From contig CAZROP010000004.1 of NCBI GenBank assembly GCA_964601935.1, positions 6,493-70,492 of the forward strand: a stretch of DNA of 64,000 bases. The letters run 5' to 3'. The notes beneath the pieces were generated by a model, which worked only from the letters and a program-made list of their open reading frames with translations, was not told where the DNA came from and did not search any database. Below are positions 9,295-19,467 of this stretch, piece by piece (positions within the stretch are counted from its first letter, which is position 1; each line of letters starts with the position of its first letter). Source of the stretch: an uncultured Candidatus Saccharibacteria bacterium. GTDB taxonomy: Bacteria > Patescibacteriota > Minisyncoccia > Phycocordibacterales > UBA1006. Made by a program: the position numbers and the translations under genes.

Positions 9295-9918
9295 CTATTT
9301 GCATGTAGTCGACGGCTCCAGTCCTTCGATCTCGGCTTCTTCGGCGCTGACAAAGTATACGCGGTTTTCTGGTTTGATGCGATCTGCGGATTTACATCCT
9401 ACAGGGTAGTACTTTGCTCCATTTTTCGAGGCAACATACGCACGAGCGCTATTCCCTCCTGTGACAGGCTCATTGCCTGCATCATTGAGTTCAGATTTTG
9501 ATTTGTTAGAAATAGCTCCTTCAGAATAATAATTATAGGACTCTACATACGGCTGCTGGGCGCTGATGGTCGTAGTTGTCTTCGACTTTTGAGCCCATGA
9601 GACATCTGATGCTGCCCCCTCCCCTTGTGTTGGACTATTGACGAGTTGAAGATTGTTAGGTAATTGTTGAATATCTAATTCGGCTCCATTATGCGGGCGA
9701 ATGAAGCGCGTTCCAGATTCAGATGACTGTACTTGCGAGGCTGTGTTGGAGTTTCCAATACGATAGCCGAGATATAAACTGAGTAATATCATAATAAAAC
9801 TTAATAACGTATATGTCAAATCTCTTTTTGATACTGATATCTTGATTTCTTTGTCCATAATAGGTATACTAGTCCCTGTTACTCGATTATCAGGGTCACC
9901 GGAATGAATAGTCACCAT
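9295..9918 (-). CDS. membrane-anchored protein with C-terminal Ada-like Zn-binding domain
   Basis: N-terminal TM; C-terminus YYPVGCKSADRIKPENRVYFVSAEEAEIEGLEPSTTC matches Ada metal-binding domain pattern. Confidence 0.4.
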   Translation of the reverse strand: MVTIHSGDPDNRVTGTSIPIMDKEIKISVSKRDLTYTLLSFIMILLSLYLGYRIGNSNTASQVQSSESGTRFIRPHNGAELDIQQLPNNLQLVNSPTQGEGAASDVSWAQKSKTTTTISAQQPYVESYNYYSEGAISNKSKSELNDAGNEPVTGGNSARAYVASKNGAKYYPVGCKSADRIKPENRVYFVSAEEAEIEGLEPSTTCK

Positions 9919-9965
9919 TCACGATTACGAATAATACAAACACAATTGTACATATATAATACAGT

Positions 9966-10295
9966 ATGGCAACCAAACTCGCCGCCGGTAAGGCCTCCCG
10001 TACCGGTGACTCTAATCCACAGTTTCTAGGGACCAAAAAATACGATGGTCAGGTCGTAAAGAATGGTGATATTATCATTCGTCAGCGTGGTAGCAATATC
10101 GTTGCTGGGAAAAACGTTCGTACGGCTCAGGACTACACCCTGTATGCAGTCGCTGACGGTATCGTAAAGTTCTCACGAACACGCAAGGTATCGTTCAATG
10201 GCAAAACTCTTACAAAGAAAGTAGTCAATGTAATGCCAAAGAAAGAAAAAGAAGAGGCGCCATCCCCTGCCCCCAAGAAAAAGACTTCTAAATAA
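9966..10295 (+). CDS. rpmA: 50S ribosomal protein L27 with Lys/Pro-rich C-terminal extension
   Basis: GDIIIRQRGSNIVAGKNV...DYTLYAVADGIVKF conserved L27 core. Confidence 0.8.
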   Translation: MATKLAAGKASRTGDSNPQFLGTKKYDGQVVKNGDIIIRQRGSNIVAGKNVRTAQDYTLYAVADGIVKFSRTRKVSFNGKTLTKKVVNVMPKKEKEEAPSPAPKKKTSK

Positions 10296-10304
10296 TACAA
10301 TTAC

Positions 10305-10337
10305 AAAAAACCTTTACATGATGTAAAGGTTTTTTGT
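10305..10337 (+). terminator. Rho-independent terminator downstream of rpmA
   Basis: aaaaaacctttacatgatgtaaaggtttttt hairpin plus T-run. Confidence 0.65.
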
Positions 10338-10444
10338 TGTGATCCATCTTTGCTATTTACAAAAATCCGAAACTGTTTGAGTCATCAGACGAGTTTTGCA
10401 GGATTGTTAGAAACGCAAAGATGGATCAGGGTAATGGAAGTTAT

Positions 10445-10879
10445 TTACTTTTCTGAGACTACTTCAAGGGTGCAGTCATGGGTACCTACCTGTATCGTGT
10501 ATTTCCCTGTCTTCTTTATTACAGGTATATGTATATGCTCTTGGTGGATAGACGATCGCAAATGTGCCGGGATACGCGCATGAATTGCTGAGACGATTTC
10601 TCGTTCATGGATTGCTTTGTACAGCGACCCGTGACTGTCCGCACGAGCTGGTATGGCAAGAGGAGATTCTGCTAGGGTTTCATATACTTTGGGCGGAACT
10701 TCGTTACTAGTTGATTGGCCAGTATTAGTAAGGTTTTGATATTTAGCCAGGTTCCCAGGAGTCGCCTCCAATGCTTTTTTCAGAGGTATGAGTTTATTGC
10801 GTGCCAAACCATCAGCGACCGTAACGACCGCACCTTTTTTCCCTATATCTTTGACATTATCCAGAAGCAGTACTTTCAT
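10445..10879 (-). CDS. rplI: 50S ribosomal protein L9
   Basis: MKVLLLDNVKDIGKKGAVVTVADGLARNKLIP matches L9 N-domain; start trimmed to ATG at 10879. Confidence 0.8.
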   Translation of the reverse strand: MKVLLLDNVKDIGKKGAVVTVADGLARNKLIPLKKALEATPGNLAKYQNLTNTGQSTSNEVPPKVYETLAESPLAIPARADSHGSLYKAIHEREIVSAIHARIPAHLRSSIHQEHIHIPVIKKTGKYTIQVGTHDCTLEVVSEK

Positions 10880-10895
10880 AGGCTTCCAGTATATA

Positions 10896-12068
10896 CTATT
10901 TTCCTGTTTGGATAAACTGGATACCACGATTTAGCACCTCGTCTATAGTGTCAGTGTAATTAGAGTCTTCGAGAGCAATATCAGGGGACACGCCCTTGTC
11001 TGATATAGAGTTATTGTTGGGTGTATACCATTTTGCTACGGTGATTTTGATGCCTGACCCATCCGACATATCAACTAATTCCTGCACTGATCCTTTGCCG
11101 AATGTAGTAGATCCTATAATAGTAGCACGTTTGTGATCCTGTAGTGCTCCTGCCAATATTTCTGACGCAGAGGCACTCCCCTGATTAACCAGTACTACTA
11201 ATTTCATATTTGAATTGAGGATATTGTATCCTTGGCTTTTGAACAGGTCTTCTTTTTTATTTTCTGTTCCCGGGCGCTCGCGTACTATGACCGTATTTTC
11301 AGGTAGAATCATGCTTGCGATTTCTATAGAACTATCCAGCAGCCCTCCCGGATTACCCCGGAGGTCCAGAATGACCCCGCTCCTCCCTGCTCGCTGTGCT
11401 GCAGCCAACATCGTTCGGATTTGATCTACTGATTCGCGAGTAAATGTATAGAGAGAAATAACCTCTATCGTGCCGCGTGTTTCTGATTTTGTTGTAGGAA
11501 TAGCAATAGTGTCGCGAACTGTAGTGATACTGATGGGCTGCACTTGATTTTTGCGGACAACTTCTATCGTAATTGGTGTACCTTTGGGTCCACGAATCTT
11601 TTGGATTATTTCATCCATCGACAATTCCGTAACGTCCTCTTTCTCTATTTTATAGATGATATCACCTGCTAAAAATCCTGATTTTTCTGCAGGAGATCCT
11701 TTTATCGGTGTAATAACAGTCAATAAGCCGTCTTTCATGCCCACCTCTATTCCGATACCTGAGAATGACCCCTGGACAGAATCCTTCAGACTTTTCAACT
11801 GATCGCGAGAGAGATACGTAGTATAAGGATCATTATAGCTTTCCACTAAACCACTAATTGCGCCCTCGATCTGTTTGGATTGTTTTGGGATTTTATCTTT
11901 GAACGGGTAGTTTTCGCGCAGTATTTGTGATGCCTCCCAGAATTTAGTGAGATCAACTTTATATGTGGTGGAAGCGTCTACAAAGGTAGCAGAGAAATAT
12001 CCTGCAAAAAATAGGACGCAAGCACCAACAATAATAGGTAGTGTATTAGAACGAACGGGTGATGACAT
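10896..12068 (-). CDS. ctpA: C-terminal processing peptidase, S41 family
   Basis: PDZ domain (GSPAEKSGFLAGDII) and S41 catalytic region (LVNQGSASASEILAGALQD ... TFGKGSVQ). Confidence 0.85.
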   Translation of the reverse strand: MSSPVRSNTLPIIVGACVLFFAGYFSATFVDASTTYKVDLTKFWEASQILRENYPFKDKIPKQSKQIEGAISGLVESYNDPYTTYLSRDQLKSLKDSVQGSFSGIGIEVGMKDGLLTVITPIKGSPAEKSGFLAGDIIYKIEKEDVTELSMDEIIQKIRGPKGTPITIEVVRKNQVQPISITTVRDTIAIPTTKSETRGTIEVISLYTFTRESVDQIRTMLAAAQRAGRSGVILDLRGNPGGLLDSSIEIASMILPENTVIVRERPGTENKKEDLFKSQGYNILNSNMKLVVLVNQGSASASEILAGALQDHKRATIIGSTTFGKGSVQELVDMSDGSGIKITVAKWYTPNNNSISDKGVSPDIALEDSNYTDTIDEVLNRGIQFIQTGK

Positions 12069-12088
12069 AGTCAGATTAGTATATCATA

Positions 12089-13291
12089 TTAGTCAGTGTC
12101 TGGAAGCACATATCCAGCCTGTGTATACTGATTTGCTGGATCCCAAGATAACCATGACTGGATACCGAGCTTTTCTAATGCTTGTATCTGAGCTTTTACC
12201 TCTGGTTCTCCGTACTGAGCACCCAAATCAAAATCCTGTATCCAGGGTCGTATTTTGGTAATAGGCTCACCGAGAGCGGTTGTTTTAGTGATGGCCCCCT
12301 CTATCGCCTTGAATACTACTTCATATGGATATTCTGCAGGGTTATCAAATCCGAATGATCCAGGTGCGTAGTGAGAAGGATAAATCATAGGCGCAAGATA
12401 GTCCACATGTGGAAGTATATCTTCCCATACCTGCCCTATCCCGATATCACTTCCCTGTGCTGTAGTAGTCAGTCCAAATACATCAGCTGATAATGGAATT
12501 CCACCCTCAGCCCGTAGTTTGACATCCAAGGTTTTGAAAAACTTTGTTATCTCGCGACGCTTGGTGGAATTATCAGGAATAAGGATGTCTGACGTCGGAC
12601 CTTCGCTCGGGTAACGTACATAGTCGATATTGATTTCATCTATACCTAATCTGTAGGCCTCCTGTGCTAGAGCAACTATGTAGTCGTGATATTCGGTATT
12701 AGACGGATCAACCCATTTATGATTCCCTTTGTAATCATGCCAGGGGAGCCCGTCTGATGATCGCAGTCCCCACTCAGGTTTTTGTTGAACAATATAAGGG
12801 TCCTCGAAGGCCGAGATACGCCCTATGACATAAATCCCGTGTTTGTGAAAATCCCTCACAGCAGTACGCAGCGAGCTGATTTTTTGTGAATAGACTCCCA
12901 AAGCCTTCAACGCAGAGTCAGAACCAGTGTACGTAACTCTCCCTGTAGCGTCTTTGATATCGATAACCACGCTATTAAGGTTATTGGATGTGACAATAGC
13001 ATTAATTAATGCTGTACGGCGCTTTTGTATGCCAGTAGTCCAACCCGACAAATATAGTGCGCGAACCTGATCAGGTGTTGACACATGGCTCTGGGTCAGG
13101 GGTAGTTGCGCATTCCAAGATTCTTCTGCTCGTACATATCGCACTTGAGGTTTTGAATGTACTCCATAACTTTGATTAGATTGGTCCATAAATGCAGCTA
13201 TACTCCACCCCCCTAATGCACACATACCACCCAAGGCAAAGGCGGTGATATGACGACGTCTATGAGGTGTATGCATTGGCTCGTTATGCAT
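12089..13291 (-). CDS. putative glycoside hydrolase-like protein (DUF4015/TM1410-like family)
   Basis: Signal/TM, central TIM-barrel-like region with GWTTG...VIDIKD...FEDPY pattern seen in DUF4015 proteins. Confidence 0.4.
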   Translation of the reverse strand: MHNEPMHTPHRRRHITAFALGGMCALGGWSIAAFMDQSNQSYGVHSKPQVRYVRAEESWNAQLPLTQSHVSTPDQVRALYLSGWTTGIQKRRTALINAIVTSNNLNSVVIDIKDATGRVTYTGSDSALKALGVYSQKISSLRTAVRDFHKHGIYVIGRISAFEDPYIVQQKPEWGLRSSDGLPWHDYKGNHKWVDPSNTEYHDYIVALAQEAYRLGIDEINIDYVRYPSEGPTSDILIPDNSTKRREITKFFKTLDVKLRAEGGIPLSADVFGLTTTAQGSDIGIGQVWEDILPHVDYLAPMIYPSHYAPGSFGFDNPAEYPYEVVFKAIEGAITKTTALGEPITKIRPWIQDFDLGAQYGEPEVKAQIQALEKLGIQSWLSWDPANQYTQAGYVLPDTD

Positions 13292-13300
13292 AGAGGCAGA

Positions 13301-13561
13301 CTACTTTTCAGGTTTATTGTGCTCGCGCTGCTTGCGTCCTTCTTGCTCTAATTTATGAAATAGATGAGGTATTGACATCATGCCATTATGGCTATGCATA
13401 TAACGATTTATTTTATTGCGCCAACGTAGATAGGTTGCTGCAAATACCATTGCAACTCCAATGAGTATCGACAGTACTGTAACAAATGAGTCAGCAAAAG
13501 GTATGCAGTGAATAATGATCAAAAGCAGTCCGGAATAACCAATACAGCGTTCGAGCGTCAT
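13301..13561 (-). CDS. hypothetical small membrane protein
   Basis: 86-aa ORF, two TM helices, basic tail. Confidence 0.3.
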   Translation of the reverse strand: MTLERCIGYSGLLLIIIHCIPFADSFVTVLSILIGVAMVFAATYLRWRNKINRYMHSHNGMMSIPHLFHKLEQEGRKQREHNKPEK

Positions 13562-13584
13562 AATATGGCAATTATATAATATAT

Positions 13585-14283
13585 TTACTTACAAGTAAAT
13601 AACATTACGAACTCCCCTTTTGTTTTGTGTGGTTGAGATAAGTAATTCACTATCTCGGTAGGTGTTCCCGAAACTAGTTCTTCGTGGAGCTTTGTCATTT
13701 CGCGACAGACTGTAATGCGGATATCAGGTGCATGCTCAACGAACCATGCAGCTGTTTTTTCTATACGATGAGATGATTCATAGGCAACGATAGGATATAC
13801 ATATTTCTCCCGCTGTAATATCGTTACGATAGTTTGAAACAAGGTTTCGCGGCCTTTTTTATGTGGAATAAATCCAACAAACTGGAACCCGTGACTGGTA
13901 TCTAACCCTGACCATGCAATTGCGTTGGTTATGGCGCTCGGACCACCAATAACCTCTATGGTAGTATCTGGCAGTTTGGTACGAATGCAAGCTATCAAAT
14001 AGGTCCCGGGGTCAGAAACACCCGGCATACCAGCATCTGATACAAACGCTACGTGCTTGCCGGATACAAGAGATTCGATAACCTTGGGCTCTACTGAATT
14101 GTGTGAGTGTTCATCATAGGACCACAGAGGCTTGGAAGCTATTTTGTAGTGGAAGAGGAGTCCTTTAGTGACGCGCGTATCTTCGCAGATCAAAATATCG
14201 CATTCGGAAAGCGTACGCAAGGCGCGCAGTGTGATATCTTCCAGATTACCTATTGGGGTTCCTATGATAGATAGTCGAGACAT
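13585..14283 (-). CDS. rsmI: 16S rRNA (cytidine1402-2-prime-O)-methyltransferase
   Basis: Tetrapyrrole-methylase fold N-terminus SIIGTPIGNLEDITLRALRTL...ILCEDTR typical of RsmI. Confidence 0.8.
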   Translation of the reverse strand: MSRLSIIGTPIGNLEDITLRALRTLSECDILICEDTRVTKGLLFHYKIASKPLWSYDEHSHNSVEPKVIESLVSGKHVAFVSDAGMPGVSDPGTYLIACIRTKLPDTTIEVIGGPSAITNAIAWSGLDTSHGFQFVGFIPHKKGRETLFQTIVTILQREKYVYPIVAYESSHRIEKTAAWFVEHAPDIRITVCREMTKLHEELVSGTPTEIVNYLSQPHKTKGEFVMLFTCK

Positions 14284-14313
14284 ATATTCTTGTAAACAAC
14301 ACGATTGTTCTTG

Positions 14314-14387
14314 TGCTTGGAGGCAGACTCGAACTGCCGACCCCTCCCTCTTCAGGGGAGTGCTCTAACCAACTGAGCTACCCAAGC
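14314..14387 (-). tRNA. tRNA-Phe (anticodon GAA)
   Basis: Reverse complement GCTTGGGTAGCTCAGTTGGTTAGAGCACTCCCCTGAAGAGGGAGGGGTCGGCAGTTCGAGTCTGCCTCCAAGCA; anticodon loop CTGAAGA. Confidence 0.85.
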
Positions 14388-14489
14388 GCGCCACACAGAG
14401 TTATTTCTCTGTTACCTGTGAATAATAGCATATATGCATAATATTTCCAGTGTATACTGTGGTTGTTATTAGTTTAACGACGAGAAACT

Positions 14490-14750
14490 ATGTACTATTT
14501 CGAAATTATCAAGAACAAGAAAGAAGAATTCGTTCTTGGACTTCGTGCCAAAAATAGCGAGCTAATCTTTAAAACAGAAGGCTACGCTACGAAAGCACAT
14601 GCCAAAAAAATGGCATCAAAAATAATTGGCCTCACCGAGGAGGTTGAGGTCCGTGATTTGACTGTTATACCCAAAGTCGACAAGACTACAGCAAAGAAAC
14701 CTGTAGCTAAAAAACAAAAAACTCAGAAACATACTGAATCTGCAGAGTAA
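14490..14750 (+). CDS. DUF1508 (YegP-like) domain protein with Lys-rich tail
   Basis: YYFEIIKNKKEEFVLGLRAKNSELIFKTEGYATKAHAKK matches YegP repeat. Confidence 0.55.
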   Translation: MYYFEIIKNKKEEFVLGLRAKNSELIFKTEGYATKAHAKKMASKIIGLTEEVEVRDLTVIPKVDKTTAKKPVAKKQKTQKHTESAE

Positions 14751-14804
14751 TATCCTCTATTACCTACACTCAGATATATCCTATCCGACCAACCTAATAA
14801 CGAC

Positions 14805-14840
14805 AAAAAACCGCGCGTCATGACGCGGGTTTTTGTTTTT
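14805..14840. terminator. bidirectional Rho-independent terminator
   Basis: aaaaaccgcgcgtcatgacgcgggttttt hairpin between convergent genes. Confidence 0.65.
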
Positions 14841-14853
14841 AGGGAGCTTATTA

Positions 14854-15372
14854 TTATTTGGACCGGCTCTTCTGGTGGACAGCAAAGTCGTGACTAGTTT
14901 CGTATGAGAATAGCTCACTCTCTGAAAACCAGTGTGAGATTTCTGCCGCAGCCTCCTCTTCATCGCCTGAAGCATGAATAACGTTGTAAACATCAGATTT
15001 GACCTTGTCTGCATATGCAAAACTGAGATGTGCGTAGTCACCACGAATAGTTCCAGGTGCGGCAGATTTTGGCTCTGTTGAACCAACTAATTTGCGTACT
15101 AATGTTACGGCTTCGACACCTTCTAGTACGAATGCCAACACAGGCCCCTCCTGCATAAGCTTTAGTGTGGTATTAAATACATCCTCGCCTCGTCGAGTAA
15201 TGACCTTCCCTATTGTTTCGTAGTGATGATGGAAATGCTCCACATCTGGCTGAAGCATTTTTGATCCGACAATTTTTAGTCCAACTTTTTCAAATCGTGC
15301 AAGAATTTCCCCCACGATACCTCGTTGTACTGCATGAGGCTTAAAAACAATAAGAGTTCGTTCTAATTCCAT
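14854..15372 (-). CDS. ndk: nucleoside diphosphate kinase with C-terminal extension
   Basis: TLIVFKPHAVQRGIVGEI...active-site HASD (NVIHASGDEEEA); start trimmed to ATG at 15372. Confidence 0.85.
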   Translation of the reverse strand: MELERTLIVFKPHAVQRGIVGEILARFEKVGLKIVGSKMLQPDVEHFHHHYETIGKVITRRGEDVFNTTLKLMQEGPVLAFVLEGVEAVTLVRKLVGSTEPKSAAPGTIRGDYAHLSFAYADKVKSDVYNVIHASGDEEEAAAEISHWFSESELFSYETSHDFAVHQKSRSK

Positions 15373-15450
15373 AATTAATTCGTTAATTTCTAAGGTTATA
15401 GAAATTATAGTATTATTAGCTTGTAACCTGGTCATACTAGCATAGATTCT

Positions 15451-15690
15451 ATGAATCCTCTATATACAGATTATCGGGTAAAAGTATTCGCACGCCATCC
15501 TCTAGAAGGAGTTGTTTTGATGGAGGACGGACGTTTAGCTGTATATACTAAAATGCCCGCGGAACACAATCTTGCGAACCTCGACATAATATTGCAGATT
15601 TCCAGGCACTTTAACGCACCTCAGAAACAGGTAGTGCTGGTTCGCGGTCACACACTGCCCAACAAAACTATTCGAATATACACAACATAG
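15451..15690 (+). CDS. hypothetical protein
   Basis: 79-aa ORF, no motif. Confidence 0.3.
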   Translation: MNPLYTDYRVKVFARHPLEGVVLMEDGRLAVYTKMPAEHNLANLDIILQISRHFNAPQKQVVLVRGHTLPNKTIRIYTT

Positions 15691-15720
15691 CCGGTACCTC
15701 ATGGTACACTAATACTGTTT

Positions 15721-18700
15721 ATGCGTATTATTTTTAGGACTTTTATTCTCTTTCTGGTCACAGTAAGTGGTGTGCAACCAGTACTAGCTCAAGTGTCCGA
15801 TAGCAATGTTGATGCAGTACAGGTGCTCATTGCACCCGAAGAAGCTACTCAATCCAAGAGTACTGCTTTAGAAATTGTAGAAGAGGCGTTAGAACTACCC
15901 GACATTCAGTACGATATTCAAAGAGAAGTTACTGATACTGTATTTTTGACCACCATCAATGCTGCTGATTTTCAGGAGCTACAGAATGATCCTAGTATTT
16001 TAGTACAGAAGAATGAGTACAGACGGCTGTTCACCTCATCCGACACCCTATCATTGATCGGTGCAAATACGGTACACGCACTGCCTAATGGAACCGGATC
16101 AGAATATGCTACCGCCATAATCGATAGCGGAATACGCGGGACACATGATTTTTTCACCACACTAGGCACAGTCTTCGATGCGAGCACCAATCCTAGTCGC
16201 GTTATACTGGAATACTGTCAATCAGGAGGACTACCTATTGTAGACGGGTTTGGAAACTATATACTCGATGGCCTGGGACACAGACTATACCAGGGCATAT
16301 CCATGTGCAGCGGAAATGAGTCTTCTCCAACTATTATTAATGGATTTACCTATTATTCCAACACTATTGTGGCGACAACAGCCTCCTCGCCTGCAGCTTC
16401 GGCTCCTTGCCTGGGTGAGTATCCAGGGTTTGATACTGACTGTAGACACGGCAGCCATGTCGCAGGCATAGCGGCAGGCACAGCCGCAAGCTATAGCGGC
16501 ACCGCCTATTCAGGCATTGCACCCGCGTCCCCAATAATTTCTTTTAATATATTCACAAAATATACTGATGCTAGTGTCTGTGGTAGCGGAGATCCTTGTT
16601 TAGCTGCAACTGACGCCGATATATTATCAGCATTGTCACAGCTGGAGAACCTGGTCGTTGAAGGAGAAAAAGTAGGCTCTGTAAATCTATCCTTGGGTGG
16701 CGCCGCCTATGCCAATCAGTCGCAGTGCGATCAGAATAATATCCTGTACTACTATGCATTCCAGCGGCTACGCACATTGGGTGTCCCTGTCATCGTTGCC
16801 GCAGGTAATAATGGCTATGTCAATGGGATATCGTCTCCTGGATGTGTTTCAACCGCATACTCTGTAGGCGCTACAACAATTACATCTCCCGGGGTTGATC
16901 AGATCGCATCCTATTCTAATATTGCTTCATTCATAGACTACCTTGCTCCTGGAACGCTCCTAACGTCAGCAAATTCTGATACTGCTAGTGGATTTTTTAG
17001 CCTATCAGGAACATCTATGGCAACACCTATTGTGGCAGGTGCATTTACAGTATTGCGATCACTATTCGACGGGACTCATGCGCCCTACCCTTATCGTAGT
17101 CTCGATGCAATTGCCCATGCCCTAACCACAACAGGACTACCTCTCGACGATGTCCGCCCTGGAGGAGTTATTGATGCTATTCCACGCATTCGCATGGATG
17201 CTGCGGTTACGCAGTTGGCAAATATGCCCTATATCACCCTACCCAATCAAAGTACGGTGAATATCTCATACCCTCTAGCCTATGCCTTCGAGGTGTCGAG
17301 CGGAGATGATATTGAAGCTCAGGATATTATTATTGATCCTAGTTCGACTGTTACTACCGATGATTTCTCTTGTACTCCTGCCTCATCATCATTTTATGAC
17401 TGCGATATCACTATTTTGTCCGATGGTAATCTGCGACTATCTGTTACGGATACCAATAATCAATCCTATACCACACCTGCCCAGACCTTCAGTAGCATCC
17501 CTATTGTGAGTAACATCACTACAACGACTGCAAGCGGTTCTTACTCCACAGGCACAGTCATTCCCATAAACGCTACTATTACGGGAACAGATTCAGCACT
17601 GCGAGTAGGATCTCGTTTTTCCGCCCTACTGAACAACGGTGTTTCGGTAACACTCACTGCTACAAATTCATCATCAAATACTCTCACGGGCTCCTATACC
17701 ATTGGAAGCCTAGGGTCTGGACAAGATACTTCGAAACTGCAAGTTGTAAGCATTTCATCTGTGGTACTCACCGAATTAGACGGCACAATCTACGGTAATG
17801 CAGCATTCAACCCTTCTGTAGTTGGCGCCAACCTGGATCAGTCGGGCAAGGTAATTATTATTGATGTTACAGCACCTACCATCATCTCTGCTGTATTATC
17901 AGGAGGGTCACCGACAATCACAACGGGTAACACCATCACCTTGACCCTGACGACAAACAAGGCAATATCCTCTACCACAATAACTATTAACAATGCTGCA
18001 TCGAACATTAATCACATCAACGCTACTACCGTTCAGGCGACCCGAGTAGTACAGCCTAGCGAGACAGGATCGGTTGTATTTTCCGCGCGGGTAACTGATC
18101 AGTTTGGAAATAATTCTGGCGTAGTCACGACCACTACTGATAATAGCTCTCTGATAATGGAATCCATCCCCACCACAGTATCGTCTAGTGGTGGTGGAGG
18201 AGGAGGCGGGGGTGCGGCAACGCCCGCTGCACTACCTGTTGCAGACAAGCTGTCGTTCTGTTCTGCCGAACTAACCAACACATTAACAGAAGGTACTTCG
18301 TCCACTCAGGTGCTGTATGTTGAAACTGCTTTACAGATTGCAGGATTCTTTGGTAGCTTGCCTAATCTAGATTACAACAGTGGCACTACTGCAGCAGTCA
18401 AAAGCTTCCAAGCACGATATTCCCCTTCACATATAACAGGCGTAGTGGATGCGCAGACATGGAAGCTGTTGCAATTCTATGGCGGCTGTGGCACGAATGA
18501 TAACAAAAAAGTACCCGCTGCCACGAGTGCTTTACAGAAAAGCATTGCACCAACCACCTACCCTGATCTCAAAAAAACTCTCAGGAGCGGCGACCGCTCA
18601 CCTGCAGTAGCCACCACACGCACCCTACTAGCAAAATTAGGATATCTCAAACCCGTCAAAAAGCCCTCCTCACTACTAAACTCATCCTTAGCAAAATCGA

Positions 18701-18789
18701 TAAAGACATTCCAAAAACAAAATAAGTTAACGGCGACAGGACGAATCGATCAAAAAACCTACGCACTACTCATAAAGCTTGTTAAATAA
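15721..18789 (+). CDS. secreted subtilisin-like (S8) serine protease with Ig-like repeats, Gly-rich linker and two C-terminal peptidoglycan-binding domains
   Basis: Signal peptide; catalytic triad motifs AIIDSGI (Asp), HGSHVAGIAAG (His), GTSMATPIVAG (Ser); GGGGGGGG linker; two PG_binding_1-like repeats (LQIAGFFG...GTTAAVKSFQ / LAKLGYL...KSIKTFQ). Confidence 0.8.
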   Translation: MRIIFRTFILFLVTVSGVQPVLAQVSDSNVDAVQVLIAPEEATQSKSTALEIVEEALELPDIQYDIQREVTDTVFLTTINAADFQELQNDPSILVQKNEYRRLFTSSDTLSLIGANTVHALPNGTGSEYATAIIDSGIRGTHDFFTTLGTVFDASTNPSRVILEYCQSGGLPIVDGFGNYILDGLGHRLYQGISMCSGNESSPTIINGFTYYSNTIVATTASSPAASAPCLGEYPGFDTDCRHGSHVAGIAAGTAASYSGTAYSGIAPASPIISFNIFTKYTDASVCGSGDPCLAATDADILSALSQLENLVVEGEKVGSVNLSLGGAAYANQSQCDQNNILYYYAFQRLRTLGVPVIVAAGNNGYVNGISSPGCVSTAYSVGATTITSPGVDQIASYSNIASFIDYLAPGTLLTSANSDTASGFFSLSGTSMATPIVAGAFTVLRSLFDGTHAPYPYRSLDAIAHALTTTGLPLDDVRPGGVIDAIPRIRMDAAVTQLANMPYITLPNQSTVNISYPLAYAFEVSSGDDIEAQDIIIDPSSTVTTDDFSCTPASSSFYDCDITILSDGNLRLSVTDTNNQSYTTPAQTFSSIPIVSNITTTTASGSYSTGTVIPINATITGTDSALRVGSRFSALLNNGVSVTLTATNSSSNTLTGSYTIGSLGSGQDTSKLQVVSISSVVLTELDGTIYGNAAFNPSVVGANLDQSGKVIIIDVTAPTIISAVLSGGSPTITTGNTITLTLTTNKAISSTTITINNAASNINHINATTVQATRVVQPSETGSVVFSARVTDQFGNNSGVVTTTTDNSSLIMESIPTTVSSSGGGGGGGGAATPAALPVADKLSFCSAELTNTLTEGTSSTQVLYVETALQIAGFFGSLPNLDYNSGTTAAVKSFQARYSPSHITGVVDAQTWKLLQFYGGCGTNDNKKVPAATSALQKSIAPTTYPDLKKTLRSGDRSPAVATTRTLLAKLGYLKPVKKPSSLLNSSLAKSIKTFQKQNKLTATGRIDQKTYALLIKLVK

Positions 18790-18828
18790 CGAGCGTCGTG
18801 ATAGAACACTCTATAAAATCAAACTATC

Positions 18829-19419
18829 ATGAATGAACATATTAAAAAGTACGGGGTGCTTGCTCTAAACTGTGGCGCCCTGTTGGCAGGTATATGGATT
18901 GCGAGTACTCATATCGGCCAACTACTTTCTACACCAGGATTAGTGTTGATATGCTGCACCCTATTTCTAGGGTATCAACTTGGCAAATGGACGTGCCATG
19001 CCCACGCTCGCAATATAGGGCTGTGGGTTACAGTCGGTATATTTACCATTCTTAACTTTACCCACTCTCTCATTGATGGGGCCAGCTTGGCGGCGGGCTT
19101 CGGCAGACGTATAGAGTCTGTCCAATGGGCAGCATTATTGTCGCACGAACTGGCGCGCCAGCCTGCTCTCTACATTATGATCCTTGCCATTCTGGCACCA
19201 CTCCGTAGCAAGTGGCTGTTGGCGCCCCTACTAGTTACTGGTGTATGGTGGACGGGTCTGCAACTTGGCAAATCTACTGGGTCGATCGTACGCGATGTCC
19301 ACGGACTGGAACTGGTTACGAACTTAGGTTTATTCCTATTTCTAGGAGACATCCTCCATCATCTACGTGAAGAATGGGAGAAGATCACTGGTAAAAATAA
19401 ATGCTGCCATGATCATTAG
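18829..19419 (+). CDS. hypothetical polytopic membrane protein (weak ZIP-transporter-like His motifs)
   Basis: 6 hydrophobic segments; HSLIDGASLAAGFG and HELARQ resemble ZIP HxxEG motifs. Confidence 0.3.
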   Translation: MNEHIKKYGVLALNCGALLAGIWIASTHIGQLLSTPGLVLICCTLFLGYQLGKWTCHAHARNIGLWVTVGIFTILNFTHSLIDGASLAAGFGRRIESVQWAALLSHELARQPALYIMILAILAPLRSKWLLAPLLVTGVWWTGLQLGKSTGSIVRDVHGLELVTNLGLFLFLGDILHHLREEWEKITGKNKCCHDH

Positions 19420-19430
19420 TTGCCATTATA

Positions 19431-19466
19431 AAAACACTGATTCCTTGCCAGGAATCAGTGTTTTAA
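19431..19466. terminator. bidirectional terminator hairpin
   Basis: aaaacactgattccttgccaggaatcagtgtttt. Confidence 0.6.
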
Positions 19467-19467
19467 A

